Position numbers and translations under genes: made by a program | Source: Bacteroidales bacterium | Lineage (GTDB): Bacteria > Bacteroidota > Bacteroidia > Bacteroidales > F082 | DNA: 51,657 nucleotides | Direction of reading: 5' to 3' | Assembly: GCA_036351335.1 (NCBI GenBank) | Contig: JAZBOW010000229.1 | Location: forward strand, 1 to 51,657 | Notes under the pieces: model-generated | The model's input: the letters and a program-made list of their open reading frames with translations, nothing else | What the model was told of the DNA's origin: nothing | The model's database searches: none | In this document: piece by piece, positions 45,408 to 51,657 of the stretch | Layout: each line of letters opens with the position of its first letter | Position numbering within the stretch: the first letter of the stretch is position 1

Positions 45408-47089
45408 TGAAACAGCTACAGCAGCGAATATCCTGGCAATCGTAACCCGTTGTCATCATTCCGACTGTCACGCACACCCTGGTTTTACTTGTCCGGTAAT
45501 CAGGCAGCCACCTGGAATGTCCGTTCAGGTTGTTATTGCTAAAATTGATGGTCATTTGCTGGGCACCACTCACCAACGAAGTTACCTGCACCGCAAAATC
45601 AGAGTTGTACTTGCCCGGGTAGCGTTTTTCGGCAAAATAGTTTAAAATCTCTGTTATTTTTCGGGCATGATTCTGACTTACGCAGAAAACAAGCGACTTG
45701 CCAATCTCATTCGTAATAGGGTCCGTTAAGGCATGATCCATAAAGGCTTGTACTAATGCCAGGTTCGTCTTTCTGGAAAAGAATTTCTTTTCAAAGTCCC
45801 TGTGTACAAAAGTTTGGGTTTCTTCTTTGCCTTCTTCGGTGGTTGTTACCACATCGTAACCTTCATCGCTTAATAACTGGGTCGTGATATCGGTTCGTGC
45901 ATCAATGGCCGTCGGGTTGATCAGAAATCCATCTTTTACACCATCCAGCAATGAATATCGGTAAGTAGGGTTGCCATCTTCACAGCCGAAGGTGATATAG
46001 GTGTCCTTGAGCAAACGAATTTCCATTTCTTTCGGGTGGATAAAATCGTCCTGTGCAGCCTCAACACCTTTCAGGTAGTCTTTGGGCGTTGCCGTGAGCC
46101 CGAGTTTATATCCGTGGAAATATTCAAATACAGCCCTTGTATTGCCACCAATAGAACGGTGTGCTTCGTCGGAGATGATTAAATCAAAGTCGGTGGGGTT
46201 GAAAATATCCAGGTATTTGTCGTTTACCAGTAAACTCTGAACGGTCGAAACAACGATTTCTGCCCTATACCATTCGTTCCGTTTTTCTTTATAAATGACC
46301 GTTAGAAAATCGTTTTTCAGGTAATTTTTAAAGTTCTTGTATGCCTGATCTTCCAATTCAATTAGGTCCACCAGGAACAGCACACGCCTGGCGTTCCCCG
46401 TTCGTAAGAACAATTTAATAATGGCGGCAGATGTGAGCGTTTTACCTGTTCCGGTCGCCATTTCAAACAGAAAACGATTCTCACCATTGGCAACAGCACC
46501 CTGTATCGCCTTTACAGCATCACTCTGATAATACCGTAAAAATCGTAGTCCATTACTTTCAATAAATTGTGGTCTAATGAGTTCATTGATCCAGTCGGGG
46601 CTTTTATCGTAATTTGGTTTCTGTGTAAGGGCAATATAATCGTTATTGATTACCTCGTTAATCAGTTTGCTCTTGTCTGGTTTAAATTCTTTGAATGCCT
46701 TAAATGAATCCTGTGACGGAAATTTACTGATGATCTGCGGATTTCCTTCTTCAAGGTTCCATAAATAATGAAGATTTCCATTACTCAGTATGATGTATTG
46801 AATGCCTTCTGCCACAGCATATTTTCGGGCCTGTTCTTTAGCATTTAAAGGGTGTATACTCTCCCGCTTGGCTTCGATAAGGGCCAACGGAAAGCCATCT
46901 TCATCCAGCAGTAAATAATCAATGAATCCTTTTTGTGTTCCTTCAAAGTCATCGCCAAACCCCCTCATATACGCCTCAGTGAGCGTAATGCCTCCTTCAA
47001 GCACTACCCTTATCATCATCAAAAAACCGCCATCCTGCTTCTTCCAGTAGCTTATTGATCTTAATCCGGGCCTGGGCTTCTTTTTTCAT
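45394..47089 (-). pseudogene. HsdR-like (type I/III restriction-type) SF2 helicase, frameshifted near the 5' end and truncated at the 3' end
   Basis: The hand-translated upstream frame from the ATG at 47089 gives MKKEAQARIKINKLLEEAGWRFFDDDKGSA* (classic HSDR_N start). The main ORF continues in another frame with DYLLLDEDGFPLALIEAKRE, FEMATGTGKTLT, LIISDEAHRS and LGLTATP. It ends at ..MMTTGYDCQDI+RCCSCFNVLP*, before helicase motif VI. Confidence 0.7.
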
Positions 47090-47186
47090 TGGTTTTAGGA
47101 AGGTGCAAGTTAAGGAAAGTTAAAGAAACTAATGCAAATTAAAGGTGGAATTATAATCTGAGAATATGTTTAAATTCTGATAAAAC

Positions 47187-48332
47187 TTAATCGTTTATTA
47201 ATTGACGCAGATATTTATACTCTTCGTGATCTAAAATATCAATTTGATTTTTTGATGCTAACTGAATTTCTTCCCTGCAACGCATTAGTCTTGTTATCAT
47301 TGGTTGTATAGTGGAATTACTATGATTCACAAATTCATACACGTCACCTACAGTGGCAGGAATTTTATATCCTTTTGGGCAACTTGATATGAGTACTCCC
47401 GCATCCCTTAACTTTGCAATTATTGTTGTCCGAAATGAATGTTTACTTAACATGCTTGTTCTCCGAGAATTTATAAAATCCTGTAATTCATCTGTGAAAA
47501 TATAATCATTCGGATTAATATTTTGAAAATAGAATAATAAATACCGTAAACAATCACATTGACTTTTAATCACAGGATCAGTTTTACCACTATTTTTAGT
47601 TAAAAATTGTTTTGAAAGTGTAACTGACAAATTCGCTATTGTCTGATCAAATTCAACAAAATCAACACCAGGTTCATATGCATATGGAAAATAGTTCTTT
47701 GGCCAAAACCTTATGTCAATTATCTTTGGATTTAGAATATTCAGAAATATATGAGCTTTTGGAGATGACTTTTTTAAATCATAGCACCTGCCTAATGTAC
47801 CAGAGACAATATCTGCTAACTGTATCAATAAATCTGACTTACTATCTGAAAATCTAAAATCACTTTGGCTAAATAGATCAGGTATATGATTTGCTCGAAT
47901 GTATTTAATAAATGAAGATTGCCAATCTTTATTGTCGTGCTCGTCAGCAACAATCTGTAGATTGGGAAATGCCTTAAACAATTCACGATCAACCAAACCG
48001 TTCAAAAACTTATAAAAAGAATCTTTGAATTTCAGGCCTTCTCCTTCATAGACAGTTTTGTCTGCAACCAGAGCGAAAAAATGGAAATCAAGGGCTGATA
48101 ATTTTTCAAGAACTCTAATTCTTCTATGGTCTTTGCTGCCAATAAGACTTGACTTCATCTCACTTTCTTGAAATTCAACTTTTCGGATGGTTTCAAGCTG
48201 CTCTTCAAGTAATAATTGATTATTCTTATCAATTATTACTGCCGTAACAATAAAATGTGTAGAAACATTTTCTTTTGAGAAATCAAAACCGGAATCTCCA
48301 AACTCATCAATAAAAGCGATTTGATTTTTCAT
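47187..48332 (-). CDS. DUF3800 domain protein with about 180-aa uncharacterised C-terminal extension
   Basis: 381 aa with IAFIDEFGDSGFDF and LLIQLADIVSGTL (the DUF3800 hallmarks as I recall them). The C-terminal part ends in a wHTH-like LRDAGVLISSCPKGYKIP. Confidence 0.75.
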   Translation of the reverse strand: MKNQIAFIDEFGDSGFDFSKENVSTHFIVTAVIIDKNNQLLLEEQLETIRKVEFQESEMKSSLIGSKDHRRIRVLEKLSALDFHFFALVADKTVYEGEGLKFKDSFYKFLNGLVDRELFKAFPNLQIVADEHDNKDWQSSFIKYIRANHIPDLFSQSDFRFSDSKSDLLIQLADIVSGTLGRCYDLKKSSPKAHIFLNILNPKIIDIRFWPKNYFPYAYEPGVDFVEFDQTIANLSVTLSKQFLTKNSGKTDPVIKSQCDCLRYLLFYFQNINPNDYIFTDELQDFINSRRTSMLSKHSFRTTIIAKLRDAGVLISSCPKGYKIPATVGDVYEFVNHSNSTIQPMITRLMRCREEIQLASKNQIDILDHEEYKYLRQLIND

Positions 48333-48454
48333 AATTATTTATACTTTAGCTTTACTTCAAAAGTACAAATATGGGATCAATGATAAGTATTTGTTAAAAA
48401 CTTTGAGTACTAAGATCTGTCTGTTTTACGAAAGCACTAGAAAATAATTTGTCA

Positions 48455-49696
48455 TTACCAATATTCCTTCATTTTCTGAGCAGCCATCTCCTCATCGATC
48501 TTAATATAACGCATAAAGGCTTTTTCGGTGCTGTGGCCACTGATTTTCATAAGCAATACAGTCGGCACACCTTTCAGGTATTGGTTGGTGCAAAATGATC
48601 GCCGGCAGGTGTGCGAAGACATAAGCTCGTATTTTTTATAAAAATTGTCGACCTTTTCAATGCCTTTTCTTTTGGTAATAATTATTTCGGAGTCAATGCC
48701 AGCCAACCTTCCAATTTTTTTTATCTCCGCATTAAATACATCTCTCCTGGATTTATTGGGAATGTCCCCGTTATACTTCTTTAGTATTTCCTGAGCAATG
48801 GGTTGCAGTGGAATCACAACAACCTTGTCCGATTTATGCATTTTAATGCGAATCATGTCATCATGTACCATTTCAGGTTTTAATCGAAATAAATCATTTG
48901 ACCTAAGTCCTAACTGACAGCCAAGTACCAATAGGTCGCGTTTCTCTTCCAAATCGGGATGAGAGGTTAAATCAGCACTGTATATTTTGTTTATTTCATC
49001 TTCAGTAAGATATATGGCGTCTGTATCCTCCGTCATGGTTTTAAAATCTGAAAGATCAAACCGTTCCGCTATTTCATGCCTGAAACAGTGATTTAGGAAG
49101 GCTTTCAGGTTTTTAATTTGTTTGCCTACTGTATTTGTGGCTAAGCCTTTTTCACCATCTGGTTTTACAGCATCATACGTTAGGTAGTGCATAAATTGCT
49201 GATAAAAGGAGTATTTGAATGATTTGAAAGTAATTCTCGTTCTTTGGTTTTTCTCGAATCCTTTTAGGTGTTTTGAAAGTGACCTATAGTCTTTGATTAC
49301 GTCAGCAACCACTCTGCCATTAGAAGATTCCAAATATTTTTCAAATTCTTCCCAGAAGTTGGGTGTTTTCTTGGCCGGTTCAGGGGGCAGTAATTGTATT
49401 TTGTACTGTTGCTTAAGCTCTCCAACACTTGGTATTACGCCTTGTTTTTTAAAAAAATTATAAGCATTCTCTATGGCTGTTTTGAATTCCTTTAATCTTT
49501 CATTAATAAGATCTGCATTATCTGTTTGGCCCCTGGTTGCCCTTGCATGTTGTTCTTTGCTATTCCAATACCTTGGTTGAATTGTTAATTCAGTTGAGAT
49601 GATAGCTCTTTTTGAATTATATGAGAAATATAAAAGGATAAGTGTTTCATTCTTTGGGTCGTCTAATTTTCTGAGGTAAAAACGAGCTTTCGGCAT
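48455..49696 (-). CDS. int: Tyrosine site-specific integrase (Bacteroidota mobile-element type)
   Basis: 413 aa with LGCQLGLRSNDL (Arg I) and HTCRRSFCTNQYLKGVPTVLLMKISGHSTEKAFMRYIK (H-x-x-R ... H ... Y). It lies 199 nt inside the right direct repeat. Confidence 0.9.
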   Translation of the reverse strand: MPKARFYLRKLDDPKNETLILLYFSYNSKRAIISTELTIQPRYWNSKEQHARATRGQTDNADLINERLKEFKTAIENAYNFFKKQGVIPSVGELKQQYKIQLLPPEPAKKTPNFWEEFEKYLESSNGRVVADVIKDYRSLSKHLKGFEKNQRTRITFKSFKYSFYQQFMHYLTYDAVKPDGEKGLATNTVGKQIKNLKAFLNHCFRHEIAERFDLSDFKTMTEDTDAIYLTEDEINKIYSADLTSHPDLEEKRDLLVLGCQLGLRSNDLFRLKPEMVHDDMIRIKMHKSDKVVVIPLQPIAQEILKKYNGDIPNKSRRDVFNAEIKKIGRLAGIDSEIIITKRKGIEKVDNFYKKYELMSSHTCRRSFCTNQYLKGVPTVLLMKISGHSTEKAFMRYIKIDEEMAAQKMKEYW

Positions 49697-49747
49697 AATT
49701 TTTTAATTTATTTTTATAGCGAAGTGTATCACGACAAATATAATATA

Positions 49748-49767
49748 AGCTGACAGATAGCTGACAG
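49748..49767 (+). repeat. Tandem AGCTGACAG x2, candidate integrase arm-type site / int promoter element, right end
   Basis: agctgacag-at-agctgacag has the same orientation and core as the 13585-13608 pair. It lies 52 nt upstream of the int start codon. Confidence 0.6.
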
Positions 49768-49894
49768 TTTAACTTAATTTTATCTAATTATATTTTTGCT
49801 AATGATAGAGTAAAAATACTATAAAGCCTAATAACAAAGGGATATAGAGATAAATGAAATTAACTTAAGGAAAGATAGAATAAGTAAAATAGAA

Positions 49895-49909
49895 TCCCGT
49901 CCAGACCGC
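49895..49909 (+). repeat. attR-type direct repeat (copy of the tRNA-Asp 3' end)
   Basis: tcccgtccagaccgc is identical to 13516-13530. Confidence 0.8.
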
Positions 49910-49921
49910 AAAAGAAAAAAG

Positions 49922-49962
49922 AAACCCATTGTTTAACAATTAGTTAGATGATGGGTTTTTTA
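49922..49962 (+). terminator. Hairpin plus T-run, probably the original tRNA-Asp terminator displaced by the island
   Basis: aaacccat (49922-49929) pairs with atgggttt (49951-49958), followed by ttttt. Confidence 0.5.
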
Positions 49963-50268
49963 TTTGGTTGTCGCTGAGGTTGTCGACTTGGATTGCTTTG
50001 CTTAGTATTTTAAGCTTTAGAATGACCTTGAATCTCATTAAAATTAACAGGACACAAATTGAATTCTTCCATATCTTTTTTTATAGGATATAACACTGTT
50101 AAAAGCATATTCCCCCGAACCATTACACATTTAAGCCACTCAACCCCCTTTCCAGTGCATAACACCTTACAACCCTAAAAGCCTCTAATTTCTCGAATGG
50201 TTTGGTGATTATGGGTATTTCTGAGGCTTAGTTTAACTCTTTTTGAAAACCAGAAATTCATCCTACAA

Positions 50269-50844
50269 TTAAGGTGTACCATCACAATTGTATTCAAGAT
50301 TTCCCATATCTATATATACATCATAGTATACATACCTTGGATCATCCCGACCTGCAACATCTTTGGAATAGTAATCTTCAAATTCTGCAGGAAATCCATA
50401 TCTCATCGGAACAGCACATCCACACTTAATTCCATTGGCGAATACAGTAAATGTCAACTCAAATGTTACATAATCCATATCGTTATCAAAATAAAAGTAC
50501 TCAGGAGCTATGACAAAATCTTTATAAAACTCATCATTAGTCATCTGCTTTGGGTGTACGAACAACTCATGAGTAACGTATGTTGACTCTGGAGGGTCAA
50601 CACCGCAATCCCATTTATAAAAGTTAGCTATCAAATACATCGTATCAGCTTCTTTTATATCAATAATACCAGTCCCTCGAAATTTTAACCTTGGAAATAC
50701 CTTATAACGCACTTCCTCATCCCATTCAGTTAGAACGCACTTATCTACGTCATCCTCCGTCTTCTCACAACCACTCATTGAACTAAATAAAAGGAATATA
50801 CATACGGCAAAAGACAGTTTGAACATATTTACTAAAAAATACAT
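50269..50844 (-). CDS. Hypothetical lipoprotein (start 50844 or 50826)
   Basis: 191 aa. MFKLSFAVCIFLLFSSMSGC is a signal peptide plus lipobox. Confidence 0.55.
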   Translation of the reverse strand: MYFLVNMFKLSFAVCIFLLFSSMSGCEKTEDDVDKCVLTEWDEEVRYKVFPRLKFRGTGIIDIKEADTMYLIANFYKWDCGVDPPESTYVTHELFVHPKQMTNDEFYKDFVIAPEYFYFDNDMDYVTFELTFTVFANGIKCGCAVPMRYGFPAEFEDYYSKDVAGRDDPRYVYYDVYIDMGNLEYNCDGTP

Positions 50845-50979
50845 GATTTTTGGTTTATGCTTTTAGATTATAAGTTAATATAGGGCAGCCAATCGTATTT
50901 AGCAAACACAAATGTAAAATAATGGATGCCAAAAGTCAAGAAATTTAAGTTGATATAAATCACAGTAGAATTGCCATTG

Positions 50980-51657
50980 TCACCTCACCTTCACCATCTT
51001 CCCATTGGCAACAGCATCACCTACTTGTAGCCTGTAATAATAAACTCCATCAGCATACCCCTCAGCGTTCCAAATAAGCTGTTGTTTTCCCTGTGGTTGG
51101 TTTACTTGTGTTTGATAGACCAACTGCCCAAGATGGTTGTATATACTCAATGTTACTAATTCAGGCTGTTGTAGTTCGTATTTGAGGGTTGTTGAGTTTG
51201 TGAAAGGGTTGGGATATATTTTTATTGGTACTATGTAGTTATTGACATACTCATCTAAGGATACCAGATTAAAAGTAAGGTATTTGAGTGTATCATCAAC
51301 TACAACATTCTCTAGTCTAATTGTATCATATCCTTCTGCAATAACTTCAACAGTGTATACACCATTATTAAGCAATCTGAAAAACCTGCCAAAAATTGAG
51401 TCATTTTTCCTTGGTTCAACATATAATTGTGTGCTATCAACCTCCACAACCCTAATTTCAGCAAGTATCGGTTGATATGTGTTTGCATCAAATACATGAC
51501 CAGTGATGCCAGGTCCAAAAACTCGATCGAGCAAGTATAATCCTCCCTCTACATTTGCAACAGCAATTTGTAATGGTGCAGAATCTGGAGGAAAAAATTC
51601 TGGTCCAGTTTCAATGACAAACTCTAAGGATCCATTTTTTGCTCGCATCCAACAATC
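50980..51657 (-). CDS. Secreted protein with T9SS C-terminal sorting domain; 5' end beyond the window
   Basis: The frame stays open to the window edge. The C-terminal ~80 aa, IYPNPFTNSTTLKYEL...GVYYYRLQVGDAVANGKMVKV, is a type A Por/T9SS CTD. It is preceded by a carboxypeptidase-regulatory-like beta-sandwich (GVYTVEVIAEGYD). Confidence 0.8.
   Translation of the reverse strand, partial: DCWMRAKNGSLEFVIETGPEFFPPDSAPLQIAVANVEGGLYLLDRVFGPGITGHVFDANTYQPILAEIRVVEVDSTQLYVEPRKNDSIFGRFFRLLNNGVYTVEVIAEGYDTIRLENVVVDDTLKYLTFNLVSLDEYVNNYIVPIKIYPNPFTNSTTLKYELQQPELVTLSIYNHLGQLVYQTQVNQPQGKQQLIWNAEGYADGVYYYRLQVGDAVANGKMVKVR

Larger units (their letters stand above)
13516..49909. mobile_element. ~36.4 kb integrated genomic island at the 3' end of tRNA-Asp, bounded by 15-bp direct repeats; NBU-like backbone plus composite cargo
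   Basis: Exact 15-mer tcccgtccagaccgc at 13516-13530 and 49895-49909. A tyrosine integrase sits just inside the right repeat and a Xis-like HTH plus primase sit inside the left end. Paired AGCTGACAG tandem motifs occur inside both ends. Confidence 0.8.

Noticed and set aside
45394-47089. Functional type I restriction-modification system.
   Set aside because: No HsdM or HsdS genes are in the window. The R-like gene is frameshifted and lacks its C-terminal helicase motifs.
1-51657. CRISPR arrays, rRNA genes and IS transposases.
   Set aside because: I found no regularly spaced 25-40 nt repeats, no rRNA-like conserved stretches, and no ORF with DDE/transposase motifs. The only repeats found are the short ones listed as features.

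Overview
The window looks like a Bacteroidota chromosomal segment. It has a T9SS C-terminal sorting domain at the right edge, TAnnTTTG-type -7 boxes upstream of several genes, and an NBU-like integrase/primase backbone.

Layout:
(1) 1-13.3 kb is probably core. It holds three tandem paralogues of a PPDK_N/ATP-grasp protein family fused to sensor, receiver and nucleotidyltransferase modules, with a convergent metallophosphoesterase. These are followed by a DSD1-type PLP enzyme, a lipoprotein, ComEC and a stand-alone QueC-like PP-loop protein.
(2) tRNA-Asp(GUC) lies at 13455-13529. Its last 15 nt are repeated at 49895-49909, delimiting a ~36.4 kb integrated island with a tyrosine integrase at the far end. 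The island is mosaic:
- An NBU-like backbone: hypothetical protein, Xis-like HTH, Toprim/VirE primase, HTH-coiled-coil protein and an AbiEi/AbiEii pair.
- A visibly AT-richer cargo with three modules: an RND efflux operon extended by PII-like, ACP-like and atypical crotonase-like genes; a 7-gene redox/quinone-stress operon; and a 12-gene lipid-tailoring/export block (MMPL, LolA-like, OM barrel, patatin, GT2, two methyltransferases, LPLAT acyltransferase, thioesterase, SRPBCC, two TetR).
- A ~1 kb gene-free scar zone with tRNA-like fragments and an orphan terminator.
- A junction of two truncated genes (BASS transporter and HsdR-like helicase), then a DUF3800 protein and the integrase.
(3) 49.9-51.7 kb is core again: a lipoprotein and a T9SS-CTD protein.

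I saw no rRNA, CRISPR array or IS transposase.

The best candidates for an undescribed system are, in my order: the island-borne lipid-tailoring/export block (33.2-43.4 kb), the RND operon with ACP-like and crotonase-like genes (20.6-28.8 kb), and the PPDK_N paralogue trio without a phospho-His swivel domain (1-8.5 kb). The DUF3800 gene next to the decayed helicase is the most defence-like orphan.

All family assignments come from motif recognition by eye. No searches or compositional statistics were run.
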